IMG/VR virus record: IMGVR_UViG_3300027741_000025
Location: 1-64,000 of that record
Source of the DNA: a virus
Length of the DNA stretch: 64,000 nt
Reading direction: 5' to 3' (one strand)
The translations under genes were made by a program, and so were the position numbers. Under the pieces are notes generated by a model. The model worked only from the letters and a program-made list of their open reading frames with translations, ran no database searches and was not told the origin of the DNA. Of this stretch, positions 6,981-18,000 are shown one piece after another (the first letter of the stretch is position 1; every line of letters starts with the position of its first letter).

Positions 6981-8414
6981 TTACACGATAAAATTGGCTA
7001 TGTTGAGGCGAGCGTAGAACTTTGCTCCCTCTCTAAGCAACTTCTTCCCATACCTTGTTAACAGTCCTTTTCTTGGGGAGAAGGAATCTGGGTCTAACAC
7101 AACTGGTGTCTGTGTGAGTGGCACGTATGGGCAGTAGAAATATCCGCTGTCCATATAGCTGTCACCCTTATAACCCATAAGGAGCTGTCCGGTTGGGAAC
7201 AGTGGATCCTTATACAGTCTCCAACGATTGTTTACAGTACCGACATACTGGATGCCGAGTGAGCTTGTAAATGTTTCTGAAGGAGCTGGTGCGAAACCCG
7301 CAGTAGCTGTTTCGAAAACTGAAGCAACTTCTGGTGATGTAACAATGAAGTTAGCACCGCCACGAAGTGTCTTACGATGGATCACGTTGCTGACTTCAAC
7401 AACCTTGACGTATAGTGATTCATACTTTTCCTTGATGGTATCACCAAGAGCAGTATTGAAATCCCAAGCTGAAACAGTACCAGCGTTATTGCGGAGGTCA
7501 CCAAGAACTTCACGATCGATTTCAAGGTTGATTTCCTGAGCAAGAACGGCAGTTAGCTCAGCCTCGGCGTCGAGGTTGTGCTGTGAGCGAAGATCTTGCT
7601 GAGCTTCGTAGCTCCAAACTGCCTTCAGTTTGCGAGTCTTAGCGGCAATTTCCTGGCTCTCGATTGTCAGATTGATCTCTGGCATATCGGGGTTGTTTTC
7701 CATGTTGTATTCATAGCTGATTACAACCTTTGAACCACCCGATGAACCTGTCCAAGTTAGTGCAAGAGCACCATCAGCTAGGCTGAGTGTACCAGCAGTA
7801 ACATAAGCACCACCACTAACGTCAACGCTGGTAAGACTTAGGCTGCTGCTGTTTGCAGGAACAACGAATGTCTGGATAACGTTAACACCATCATAGACGG
7901 TACCAGTGACAGTACCAGCAACAACTGGAACGTGCTCAAGTGTAGCACTTGTGACGTTGCCCGAAACACTGGCGTGAACTTCGTTCTGAACGAACTGATG
8001 TGAATAGAAAACGTCAAGGTTAGCAGTGCCGTCAGCAAGCTGCTGTAGTGAGTTAGCATCATCGCCGGGGAAGCCGACTTTGTTGCTAGCACCACGGACC
8101 GCACCCTTGTCGCTTCCGTATCTAAAACGGAGATAGTAAACGAGACCGGTTGGTCCGAGCAATGGCTGGACTGAAACGATCTTGTTTGCAATCAACTGTG
8201 GATAAACTCTACGAACGAGTGGGATGCTGATTCTCTTGAATTGAGCAACGTCACCTGTGTCAGTAGCAGACTCATTGATGAGTCTCTGGTTTTCAAGAAG
8301 TACGGCTGTATTGGATCGGACAGTACGATCTTCGATTCCATCTAATAAGCCAGTCTTCTTCCAACGAGACTCTAACTCCTTAGCCTCGTTTAGAAATTTA
8401 GCATTGATATTCAT
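6981..8414 (-). CDS. gp23: Major capsid protein, T4 gp23-like
   Basis: LLENQ, LVRR..P.LIA..IVSVQP, AKTRKLKAVWS.E..QDL, EINLEIDRE, FYCPYVPL, GLLTRYG. Confidence 0.97.
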   Translation of the reverse strand: MNINAKFLNEAKELESRWKKTGLLDGIEDRTVRSNTAVLLENQRLINESATDTGDVAQFKRISIPLVRRVYPQLIANKIVSVQPLLGPTGLVYYLRFRYGSDKGAVRGASNKVGFPGDDANSLQQLADGTANLDVFYSHQFVQNEVHASVSGNVTSATLEHVPVVAGTVTGTVYDGVNVIQTFVVPANSSSLSLTSVDVSGGAYVTAGTLSLADGALALTWTGSSGGSKVVISYEYNMENNPDMPEINLTIESQEIAAKTRKLKAVWSYEAQQDLRSQHNLDAEAELTAVLAQEINLEIDREVLGDLRNNAGTVSAWDFNTALGDTIKEKYESLYVKVVEVSNVIHRKTLRGGANFIVTSPEVASVFETATAGFAPAPSETFTSSLGIQYVGTVNNRWRLYKDPLFPTGQLLMGYKGDSYMDSGYFYCPYVPLTQTPVVLDPDSFSPRKGLLTRYGKKLLREGAKFYARLNIANFIV

Positions 8415-8463
8415 AATTAACCTTTTCTATAAAACTTTTGTTTAAAAAATCCTTTTTTATACC

Positions 8464-9360
8464 TTAATTGGTTCTTTTAACACCAGCTAAGACTTGTAAA
8501 TCGTTGAAGTCACTTGTGTCGCTAGCATTTTCCGCAATGATAGCTTCACCGGCAACTAGTTGTCCTCTCCCCGATACATTCTTGCTTTTTTCGACTCTTT
8601 CATTCTGTTCATTAACAATCCCAGTCTTCTTAGCGACAACTGCAACTTCTTTCTGCTCAGTAATAACATTGTGAGCAGCTCTTACAGCTTCGTTAAGTTT
8701 GGTGTTCTCGGTGCTTAAGCGAATGCTTCTGGCTTCGAGGAGCTTGATTTGACCCTTCAGGTCATCAATAGCCTTCTTTGATTCTTCAAGTTTGGCACCT
8801 GAAGCAGCAGCATAATCTTCGTCACTTAAGTAATCACTTGTGATATCAACGATCTTGTCGAAGGCACTCTTGTGCTCAGCCATTCTTGGATCGTTCATAA
8901 TATCATGTTTGGCTTGTTCATAAATCTCAGATCCCTTGAACTGTAGGAACTGATCGACTTTATCAACAATGTATTCTTTCATCTCAGCGAGCTTCTTGTC
9001 ATACTCTTCGTATAGGGAAACTTCGAGATTACCATTCTTGCTTCTTTCTTCTTTGAGCATTTGGTAAGCTTCTTCATAACCCTCTTCAAGAGCAGCTTCA
9101 TACTCTTCGCTTTGAACTTCGAGTCTATTTCTTAGCTCACTGATAATTGAGTAAGCTTCGGTATAACCCTTCTCAGCGACAGTTTCGGCGTCTTTGAGTT
9201 CCTTGGAAAGCTCAGCATAAGCTTCCTCAAGTTTGTTGTTGAATTCAGTCTCTAACTCTGTCTTAGCTTCCTTCAGCATCTCCTCAATGGCTGAAGTAAC
9301 TTCACTAACTTGATCTTCAGGCAACAGTTTCTCAAGTGCCTCTTGGATTTTATTGTTCAT
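8464..9360 (-). CDS. Prohead scaffold/core protein (gp22-like)
   Basis: Acidic coiled coil between protease and MCP; C-terminal LQVLAGV; start MNNKIQ in an ATGA overlap. Confidence 0.8.
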   Translation of the reverse strand: MNNKIQEALEKLLPEDQVSEVTSAIEEMLKEAKTELETEFNNKLEEAYAELSKELKDAETVAEKGYTEAYSIISELRNRLEVQSEEYEAALEEGYEEAYQMLKEERSKNGNLEVSLYEEYDKKLAEMKEYIVDKVDQFLQFKGSEIYEQAKHDIMNDPRMAEHKSAFDKIVDITSDYLSDEDYAAASGAKLEESKKAIDDLKGQIKLLEARSIRLSTENTKLNEAVRAAHNVITEQKEVAVVAKKTGIVNEQNERVEKSKNVSGRGQLVAGEAIIAENASDTSDFNDLQVLAGVKRTN

Positions 9361-10052
9361 GAGCCTACACCTCGCTTTAATGAATTGGTTGAATTTTCTA
9401 TTAATGTACCTAAGCAAGCAATTAAAGCTTGTTTATTCACTTTATATATGCTTGAGCTTTCATTTTTTCTCGAAAATTCTTCCACCGCAGAAGAATTTTC
9501 CATACTCACCACTGAACTTTCCTTTTTAGCTGGAACTTTTTCTTGGTAAGCAGCAAATGTGCTTGGATCGGCAACTGCATCGAATGTTATTAACTTGTAG
9601 CTTTCGCCAATCACAAGTATTCCATTCTCGTCAACTTTGCCATTACCAACACCTCTACTACTGATGCCAATTCTAACTCCATCGTTTAAAAGACTTTTCA
9701 GTATTTTTCCATGAGGAGTGTTGAGGATTTCCCCTTCACCCATCAATACATTTCCGTCCCACCAGAGCTTTGTAATAACATGACTTGCCTTCTCAAAGTG
9801 AATGATGCTATCAGTTGGATGATCCAACTCACCAATCAAGCCTCTGTGTTTTACGCACTCTTGTAATTTCTTGACGTTCTCATCGAGGACGCCATATGGG
9901 TACATTCTTTTGTTTTTATTAATTGCTTCTGCTTCTTGGAATTTACCTCTGAATTTGGTGAGCCCTTTATCACTCACCGATTCATTCAAATCCATCGTGA
10001 AGCCAGAATGCTGACAACTGTCTATGAATAGTATTTCTTGTATTTCTTTCAT
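9357..10052 (-). CDS. gp21: Prohead maturation protease, T4 gp21-like
   Basis: NKNKRMY, GELDHP, SHVIT, TPHGKI, GISSRGVG, DAVADPS. Confidence 0.95.
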   Translation of the reverse strand: MKEIQEILFIDSCQHSGFTMDLNESVSDKGLTKFRGKFQEAEAINKNKRMYPYGVLDENVKKLQECVKHRGLIGELDHPTDSIIHFEKASHVITKLWWDGNVLMGEGEILNTPHGKILKSLLNDGVRIGISSRGVGNGKVDENGILVIGESYKLITFDAVADPSTFAAYQEKVPAKKESSVVSMENSSAVEEFSRKNESSSIYKVNKQALIACLGTLIENSTNSLKRGVGS

Positions 10053-10066
10053 AATTACTCCTTAAA

Positions 10067-11848
10067 TTATTTGGCTAAGGGGTTGTTAAGATTGGGCCAT
10101 GTATCCTTGCCTTGATTTGTGCCCAGATCGTCACTATCCTTGTCTACTCCTTTATCGCCTTTCATAGTAAACTCCATTGAACTTGGAACATAAGGATTGC
10201 TGAGTGAAGGATATGTATCTTCTCCACCAACATTGCCCCATGCATTGCTCATGAGTTCGTCATCAAGATCGTTCTTGATTGTTTTGCCGTCACTTACTGG
10301 AGATTTGCCAGTGTCTACTACACTGTCATCCTCAGCATCAGCAGCGGGTGAATAACTCTTCTTGGCATGAGCGTGAACCATTGGGTGGTCACCTGTGGCT
10401 GATACATTTGGTTCCATTGTTTCCCAATCCATTGATCCGAGGTTGCTCTCGTAAATGTCTCTGAGATAGTTGGCAACAAACTCAGCAAGCTGAACATCTG
10501 GCTCTTGCTCTCTATTTACAACATAAATACACTCTTGCATGAGCTGAGTGGTTTCACTTACTATTTCCTTTTCTCCGAGGCTTTCTGCAAGACTCTTCAA
10601 ACTATCAAGAGCTTCATACAGATCAGAGAACACCTTTAGCTCACCTGCTTCTGAAGCATCAACATAGTTGTAAAGTTTGTTTGCAACATCCTTGAATTCA
10701 ACATACTTGTCTTCGCTCTCTAGCTTAACGCCAGTGAGGCTAACAATCTTTGATACTCTGTCTGCGTATGCATCGAAAGCGGTTCTTAAGATTGCTTCGG
10801 AGATGAATTCACATGTATTATCATCATAATTTCTTGCACCAGCCATCTCAAGAGCACTCTTTACTGTTTCAGACATTTCTGACTGTGTGAGATAAAGAAC
10901 TTCTGGGAAACTGGCAACTACGTTCTCAAGAGCTGTTTCTAAACCATTGTTGTTTGAAACATTGTTATGCTTCTTGATTTCAACAACGTGCTTAGCAAAC
11001 TTTTCGCTTTCACAAAGCTTCTTAGCCTTGCTTCTGAGAACCTTGACTTCGGTGTCCATGGTCTTCCAATCAAAACTCAGAATCTTGCCTTCATTCTTCT
11101 TGAGATCTGATGGGATCTTAACAGCAACTACATTGCCTTTATCATCATGGTTTATGGTGCATTCCTTGTAGAATGGACCCATTTCTTTGTGATTTACATA
11201 ACCAAGAACGTTCTCTGTTAAAGTGTTCCATTCTTTCATGGTCTTAACAACGTACATTCTGGCTCTTGGGTTTGACATGCCCTTGAGTCTTCTTTTGGCT
11301 GGAGCTGTGAGAGTCTTGAAAGCACTCTTCATACCCCTTCTCTTTCTCTTGGTTATTAGCATTTTTCTGATACGCTCCTTGACAACAGATCGCTTTTGAT
11401 GTCTGTTTCTTAGTGGGCTACGTCTGCCGTGTGGATTGGCTACTTTAACCTTATAACCCTCAGCTAGACTTCTTTTTACACCTGGGAGCTTGAGGTACTC
11501 ACCTAGTTTAGCACCAGCTTCTTCTTCTTTGTTTTCAATAAGATCATCAATCAATGATGAAATAAGCTTCTTTGACTCATTCTTTTCGCTATCTTCGTCG
11601 ATCACAAGCTCTTCAACGTTCTCAAGGCTTAAGCCACTCGCGTCGAGTTTGTAGTTGGCACGAACATAGTCCTGATCAAGAGTCTTATAAACAGCTTCTG
11701 ACTCGTTAAAGAAAACTAATTCAAGTTGCTCTGTTTCTAAGACGTTAGCTAGAACTTCTTCTGCATTAACTAACTGCTCTTGAATTTTGGAAATGGATGC
11801 CTCTTCCATTTTCTTCAAGGCATCATAGCTGATTAATTTACGCTTCAT
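10067..11848 (-). CDS. Large prohead core-associated protein
   Basis: First gene of the head operon; many L-x-E sites; basic patch; C-terminal DT[YW]PxLxNP repeat. Confidence 0.6.
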   Translation of the reverse strand: MKRKLISYDALKKMEEASISKIQEQLVNAEEVLANVLETEQLELVFFNESEAVYKTLDQDYVRANYKLDASGLSLENVEELVIDEDSEKNESKKLISSLIDDLIENKEEEAGAKLGEYLKLPGVKRSLAEGYKVKVANPHGRRSPLRNRHQKRSVVKERIRKMLITKRKRRGMKSAFKTLTAPAKRRLKGMSNPRARMYVVKTMKEWNTLTENVLGYVNHKEMGPFYKECTINHDDKGNVVAVKIPSDLKKNEGKILSFDWKTMDTEVKVLRSKAKKLCESEKFAKHVVEIKKHNNVSNNNGLETALENVVASFPEVLYLTQSEMSETVKSALEMAGARNYDDNTCEFISEAILRTAFDAYADRVSKIVSLTGVKLESEDKYVEFKDVANKLYNYVDASEAGELKVFSDLYEALDSLKSLAESLGEKEIVSETTQLMQECIYVVNREQEPDVQLAEFVANYLRDIYESNLGSMDWETMEPNVSATGDHPMVHAHAKKSYSPAADAEDDSVVDTGKSPVSDGKTIKNDLDDELMSNAWGNVGGEDTYPSLSNPYVPSSMEFTMKGDKGVDKDSDDLGTNQGKDTWPNLNNPLAK

Positions 11849-11985
11849 AATTTTATAACTCCCTAGGTAAGTTTTGATCTTCTGACAAAAATCCTCTAAT
11901 ACGGTATATCAACTATTTTGTAATCACCTTTGATCACAAACAGACTGGTTGATAATCAGCCTTGTGGATTTTGTTCCACAACATT
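11849..11985 (-). promoter_or_regulatory. Structured 5' leader of the head operon
   Basis: Four abutting hairpins (11962-81, 11943-61, 11913-43, 11896-912) downstream of a TATATA motif. Confidence 0.55.
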
Positions 11986-12118
11986 ATGTATATATGATTG
12001 TGGGTTTAAAATTTTTCTTAAAAAATTTATCAAGGAATATTTTAAAAACACAATAAAATTGATATATACAATTGACTAACTTTAAATAGTCTAAAACCTA
12101 ATTATTAAGAGAGAAATT

Positions 12119-12454
12119 ATGAAATCTTTTCAAAAGTTTATTGAAAGTCTTGACACTGGTCTTCGTGGAGAACTTGAAAAAAGCGTTGGAAATGCTTCTT
12201 TTAATCAGGATCAAGAAAAAGCTATAGCAACTGTTACCAACTTGATCATGATGGCAGCCAATGAATCACCAGCCAGACTCATGACTATGTTGAAAACACT
12301 TAGTTCAAGTGAGCCAGCCATGAAAGCTATTTATGATCAAATTGATGTTAGTGCACTAAGAATGGCTGCTAAGAAGCACGTCAGCCCAGAAGCTGTAGAC
12401 GATGACAACATGATTGCCACATCACCAGATGATGCTATGAGACATGGTGTCTAA
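12119..12454 (+). CDS. Tagged hypothetical protein
   Basis: MKSFQKFIE start. Confidence 0.8.
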   Translation: MKSFQKFIESLDTGLRGELEKSVGNASFNQDQEKAIATVTNLIMMAANESPARLMTMLKTLSSSEPAMKAIYDQIDVSALRMAAKKHVSPEAVDDDNMIATSPDDAMRHGV

Positions 12455-12750
12455 TGAAAAGTTTTAATGAGTGGGTTTTAACAGAAGAAGCTAAGAAATC
12501 TTCTCCTAAAAAGAAGGTTGAAAAAAAGTCTTCTTCAAAAAAAGAAGACGTTAATACCACTAATAAAATTCATGCTGTAATGGATATTGCAGAAAGTATT
12601 CAACATGTGTTTAAAAAATATACTTTGAACACAAGAAAAGATGCTTGGAGAAAATTAAACACTCCAAAAGCAAAAGAACTTTTTGAAAAATTGCTCATAA
12701 ATCCCGATAGATCTCTCAACACTTTCAGAAATATAGCCACTGAAAAATAA
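12454..12750 (+). CDS. Tagged basic hypothetical protein
   Basis: MKSFNEWVLTE start; TAATG overlap; Lys-rich. Confidence 0.8.
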   Translation: MKSFNEWVLTEEAKKSSPKKKVEKKSSSKKEDVNTTNKIHAVMDIAESIQHVFKKYTLNTRKDAWRKLNTPKAKELFEKLLINPDRSLNTFRNIATEK

Positions 12751-12799
12751 TCCCTTGTCAAACTACTAAATACTTATAGTCAGTAAGACAAGGAGGACT

Positions 12800-13486
12800 A
12801 TGAAAAGGAATTCATGGTTTTTGTTAGGGATTTTTCTGTACATAAGCGTTATTTTTACCGTTAAAATAACAAGTACAGAGAACTTATACCCAACACCTTA
12901 TTTAACTAGCACGAATCCAGTCGCTAGTTATGAGGGTGAGGTAGAAGATGATCTCAGTGATGTTCAGGTTCCCATTCCAATGAAGGACAGGGTTCCAAAT
13001 AGGACTGGCATACAATGTGTATGGTCGAGCATAGAAACTATTGCAAGATATTGTGGCGAAAATAAATTATATGACTTAACATATAATGATAACTATAAAA
13101 GTTATGCAAGTCCAAAATCTGCAAGAAAAATGTTTGAAACATATGAAGTGAAATATGAAATAACAACAAGTAAAAATGATAGAAGCTTGTTAATAAAGGG
13201 TTGCGTGATTGAAAGAAGAGGTTGTACTTTTGGAGTGCCAGGTCATGTTATGGTCATAGTTCATTACGATGAAGAAAAAGGTGTAATAAAATATATCAAT
13301 AATAGTGATCCGCAACTGAAAGTAAGAACTTGGACAATGCAAGAATTTAATAAAAGATGGGATGGTTGGGTTATGATTGTTTATGCCGAGAATGATAGGA
13401 TATCACATAGGCAAAACATTCCAATAAAAGATAGAAATGGTGAGCAAGGAAGCTACGACAAAAATTATGTTGTCACACCAAAATGA
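12800..13486 (+). CDS. Exported papain-fold (C39-like) cysteine peptidase
   Basis: Hydrophobic N-terminus; QCVWSS, GHVMVI, YINNSD; GGAGG RBS. Confidence 0.7.
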   Translation: MKRNSWFLLGIFLYISVIFTVKITSTENLYPTPYLTSTNPVASYEGEVEDDLSDVQVPIPMKDRVPNRTGIQCVWSSIETIARYCGENKLYDLTYNDNYKSYASPKSARKMFETYEVKYEITTSKNDRSLLIKGCVIERRGCTFGVPGHVMVIVHYDEEKGVIKYINNSDPQLKVRTWTMQEFNKRWDGWVMIVYAENDRISHRQNIPIKDRNGEQGSYDKNYVVTPK

Positions 13487-13492
13487 TTCTTG

Positions 13493-13530
13493 GCAGACCC
13501 ACTGATGAAAATTGGTGGGTCTGTTTTTAT
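13493..13530 (+). terminator. Intrinsic terminator
   Basis: GCAGACCCACTGAT-GAAA-ATTGGTGGGTCTGT followed by Ts. Confidence 0.85.
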
Positions 13531-13531
13531 T

Positions 13532-13768
13532 TCAAAATAATTTTGATGGAATTTCTCTTCTGATCCCAAAAGACGCAAACCTAGGCTTTCGCTTTTCCTT
13601 TTTTCTGTTTTTCTTAGTTGGAGGTAGGTCATCTCCACCCAAACTCATATTAGGATCTGCTGTTAATTCGCTTCCAAGGGGTGGATGATCATTTTGATCT
13701 GTGGCTGGGTCAGCCATAGAACCATAAATAAATCCTCCACCACTTTCAAGCCATTGTTTAAAGTTCAT
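13532..13768 (-). CDS. Tagged small hypothetical protein
   Basis: MNFKQWLE start; basic C-terminus. Confidence 0.7.
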   Translation of the reverse strand: MNFKQWLESGGGFIYGSMADPATDQNDHPPLGSELTADPNMSLGGDDLPPTKKNRKKEKRKPRFASFGIRREIPSKLF

Positions 13769-13932
13769 AGTTTTTTTAAAACTTCTGTAGCCTTATCCAA
13801 TTCTTCTTGTGTTTCAAACTTTAAAGTTGAAGAACCATCCTCGTTTTTTTCCACTCTATAGCTTGAATTTATCTCGTTGAGAAGTTCTCTTATTTTCTTA
13901 ATTTCACTTGTTGATACTTGTAAATTAAACAT
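13765..13932 (-). CDS. 55-aa hypothetical protein (not in ORF track)
   Basis: AAGGAG RBS; MFNLQVSTSEIKKIRELL...EVLKKL*; ATGA overlap with the next gene. Confidence 0.75.
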   Translation of the reverse strand: MFNLQVSTSEIKKIRELLNEINSSYRVEKNEDGSSTLKFETQEELDKATEVLKKL

Positions 13933-13941
13933 TTTTTCTCC

Positions 13942-14928
13942 TTATATTGTAGCTGTTGGGGCTGGAGTAGCTGTAGCTGTTGGGGCTGGAGTAGCTGTAG
14001 CTGTTGGGGCTGGAGTAGCTGTAGCTGTTGGGGCTGGAGTAGCTGTCACTGTTGGTGTTGGAGTAGGTGTTGGAATTACGATAGTCTGTGTTAATATTGA
14101 TTCAAGCAAAGAATTCCATTCCTCACCAGCACCTTCTCCACCAATAGGAGGTGCATCATACCAATCCCAGCCCAGAACATATATTTTGCCATCTCCATAA
14201 GGAATCAAGGTAACTACGGATTGATTTACTCCATCGCCTTCGTAAATAGTAATAGAATTTTCTGGTAATGTGCTTGTAACTATTGATGATGTGGCACTAA
14301 GATCAATAAGAGCTCTACTCGCCTCAGGAAAAATTTCAGAACCAATTTCTGTTAAAGAAATTGGTTCGTCTGAACCATCAGTAGCATCTAGGCTAAATCC
14401 AAAAACCGCATTTAACACTTCTGGCACATCGCCATTATTTGGATGAAACATAACTAGTGTTCCACCACTGTACACATAGTTTTCCAAATAGGATTTGGCG
14501 CCGATGGTCAAATCAGGATTTAAATCCTCTTTTTCTATCTCAGGTATTAATAAAAACCCGCCTGAGAAACTTGCAAAACTTGATGCACTAATATCTGTAA
14601 ATGTTGTGTAAGATATACCGACACTATTCATAAAAGCAATAAGATTATTTGGTTCTCGACTGACGCTACCATTAACATTTTCTATATAGTCAACATATTT
14701 ATTGTTAATTAGTATATGAATGCCTCCTTGTTTGACTCCATCAATAATATTATTGAATTGCTCGCCATCAGCAAGACGTCCTACCATTTTTCTATTTTCT
14801 CCATTTACAACCATAACTCCATTAAGAGTTCTTTGTAAAGATTTGCCATTAAGTAAAGAGGTATCTAAACCTCCTTCTGTTGCCATATTAACAACATCGG
14901 GACTTAAATTAACTATAAAATCAGTCAT
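13942..14928 (-). CDS. Putative virion decoration protein (shared SxQR..DGE module, GATase-like middle, PT tail)
   Basis: N-terminal module shared with two other proteins; YVYSGGTLV..YGDGKIYVLGWDW; (PAPTATAT)n tail. Confidence 0.6.
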   Translation of the reverse strand: MTDFIVNLSPDVVNMATEGGLDTSLLNGKSLQRTLNGVMVVNGENRKMVGRLADGEQFNNIIDGVKQGGIHILINNKYVDYIENVNGSVSREPNNLIAFMNSVGISYTTFTDISASSFASFSGGFLLIPEIEKEDLNPDLTIGAKSYLENYVYSGGTLVMFHPNNGDVPEVLNAVFGFSLDATDGSDEPISLTEIGSEIFPEASRALIDLSATSSIVTSTLPENSITIYEGDGVNQSVVTLIPYGDGKIYVLGWDWYDAPPIGGEGAGEEWNSLLESILTQTIVIPTPTPTPTVTATPAPTATATPAPTATATPAPTATATPAPTATI

Positions 14929-15006
14929 AATATATTCCTTTTAATTAAATGTGAATTAGTGCTGTGATAATATTTAGTGCTGTTGTGATAATATTTAGTG
15001 TTGTTT

Positions 15007-18000
15007 TTATGGCAAGGATGCTCCACGCCAAGAATTTGAATACCCCCAATTGTTTGTTTTACTAATTGTCGAAGTAGAATAACTTAAATTAAATCCAGTT
15101 GATCCACTGTTAAAACTAGACGGCTGTGCGTACACCACAAAGAAAGGCAAAAAGTCCCCAGGAACTAAATTAATATTTACTGACTGTTCATTAGTAACTC
15201 CGCCTAAGTCATAATTACTCATTGTTGGAGATAAAGCATGAGATCCTAGCCATAGATAACTTCCGCTATCTGCAGATAGGTAAAAAGTATGAGTTTCTGC
15301 AGTTGTTGCCAAAAAATATCCTTGTATCTTAATGACTCCAGCACCCCAATTCATTAGGTTTTGACCAACAACTGTTCCCGAACTATATACAACACTTACT
15401 GTGCTGTGAGTGCCAAAATATTCAATTGTGTCATCCCATTCACTAGCATATATGTAAGCCGTATATCCTGCGTTTAAGCCCCCAGGATCAGGGTATGTTA
15501 TTGGGTATGGTGTATTAGTTGGAGTCGGAGTCGGTGTTGGTGTTGGTGTTGGACAAATTTCTATATTTGAAATAGTGTTGTAAGAAGCCCACATAAACGA
15601 TTTATTTTCACTTGAATAATAATAATATTTATTTGCAACCACAGTTTGAATTTGTGCTCCTAAGGAATCCAAATAAAAACTCATACCATTAGTAAGTGTT
15701 GGGCTTGGAGAATATATGGTTATTTCTCCCCAACCCTCCGATTCTAAAGCGCACGCAGTTTCATTATCAACCCAACCATACTTATTATTCATACCATCTG
15801 ATTCACTATATTTTATTGTATATGAATACGGTGCTAAATCACCAGTAGCTGTTGCTGTTGGTTCAGGTGTAGCTGTTGCTGTTGGTTCAGGTGTAGCTGT
15901 TGCTGTTGGTTCAGGTGTAGCTGTTGCTGTTGGTTCAGGTGTAGCTGTTGCTGTTGGTTCAGGTGTAGCTGTTGCTGTTGGCGTAGGTGTAGCTGTTGCT
16001 GTTGGCGTAGGTGTAGCTGTTGCTGTTGGTGTAGGTGTAGCTGTTGCTGTTGGCGTAGGTGTAGCTGTTGCTGTTGGCGTAGGTGTAGCTGTTGCTGTTG
16101 GCGTAGGTGTTGGTGTTGGTGTTGGTGTAACCACCACAGGTTCTACGAACGAACTAACTGCGTTATACCAAGTATTTGTGTCTGAGCTCACAATTTCGCC
16201 ATCTTTAGCCGAAACTACTTTTCTGTTTCCGCAATTATCAGTAAGTTCAAAGTATCCGGTTCTCTGGATACTTCTACGTTTTCCGGTAACTGGATCGACT
16301 ATTATTGCAGTATCCATATTGCCTTCTCCGTCATAGGCATAATTAGGAATAGTTTCTGGATGATCTGGACTAAGATTTAATTCATATGTCTTTGGACCAC
16401 AGCCACCTAATCCAGCTACTTCCAAGAATTTAGTTGCAATTTCTTTTGCTTCTGCAGCCTCCATTGCAACCCCATTGCCTTTGCCCACACAAAGAAAGAA
16501 GAGTTTTGTCTTGCCCTCAAGCCCAGTGATGCAATGCTCATCACCCCTAGAAGTTGGATCATAAAACTGATCGATTCCATCTCCATTACCATCAACGATT
16601 ATAATGTGGTTTATCGAAGGATCACCAGCACCATAATTAGTTTTGAGATATGCGGTATAAGTGTTGCCCCCTGCGTTAATTGGGAATATTTCTGAAATAT
16701 CTGCACCGTCGCCGTCCGATCCTATATCCCCAGTTATTGAAAACTGTGTGATGTTGATGTTGTTTGCCGCAAGCACGAACATTCCGGGGAACATAGCTGT
16801 GAAGTAACTGCTCCCTTCACCGAAATATCCATCACCGACCATGACGTGGCTGTCGCACACAGGGAGATATCGGTACTCAGGCCACTCAATATCGTCGCTA
16901 CCTGTTTCGTCTGGACCTCTTGATTCATCATAAAAATCGTCCTCTGGTCCTTGATCCCATGCTTGAGTGTGAGTGGAAGGAATGCTACTGTTAGCGTTAA
17001 GCCCACAAATAACTCCGGCTTCGGGACACCCGCAAGCTCCTTCACCACCGCTGACAACATTATTGCCTCCATAGCACTTAATGTAAAGATAAGGAAGCGT
17101 CAGATTGGTATTTAAAAAATTTGCTCCGTCATACATGTCGTCCATGCCGTCGTCTATTCCCATCTGCTTGAAAGCAGGAAGAACGCTCCACTCCTGCAAC
17201 GTGCCATTTGCGTCCAACTTGGCGTATTGAAACCTTGCGGCATGGTTGTAATCAGTGAAACTTCCGGCAACATAAACATTACCATCAGCGTCCAATTTTA
17301 TATCTTGAACTCTTGGACCCCAATTCCATCCATTATAACTGAATCCGAATCCGATATCGAATGTTCTGTCTATCGAAGTAGATGCAGCAGGATAGGTATA
17401 TTCCAATCTTGCTATCCTGCTCTGCCACAACCCGTTTGCATTGTCGAACCAACCACCAACTATTATCTTTCCATCATCTTGAAGAGCTATGGTGTTAACT
17501 CCGCCTTGATGATTGCCATCATCGGGTGTGTCTCCTGTCCAAACATCATCAAAGAAAACAGAAAGGAAATTATTGTCTCTAGTTCCGTCGCTGTTCAAAA
17601 GAGTCAGTCCCTTTCCACAATCTACGCCATTATAGGTGCTGAACCAGTGTCCAACTAAAACTTTATTATCAGGCTGAACCTTGATGGAACTTACTCTGGG
17701 ATTGCCACCGCCGATACTACTACCAAACCCAGACCCTACGCTAAAACTGCCGTCTGTGGTTCCGTCTTCATTCAACTTTATGATCTTGTTCGTGAACTGA
17801 CCGCCGACATATATTCCAAGGGTTCCTCCGGAATAGTCGCCCGTCACCTCTATTGCGTGAACAGCGCCATTCAATGAAACATTTCCCGCAAAGGTTCCAT
17901 CCACAATTCCATTGCTGTCCAAAAGGGCAATTTTGCTACAATTTACGCCGCCATATTGGTTAAAACTTCCACCAATCAAGATTCGGTCATCACTTAGCAC

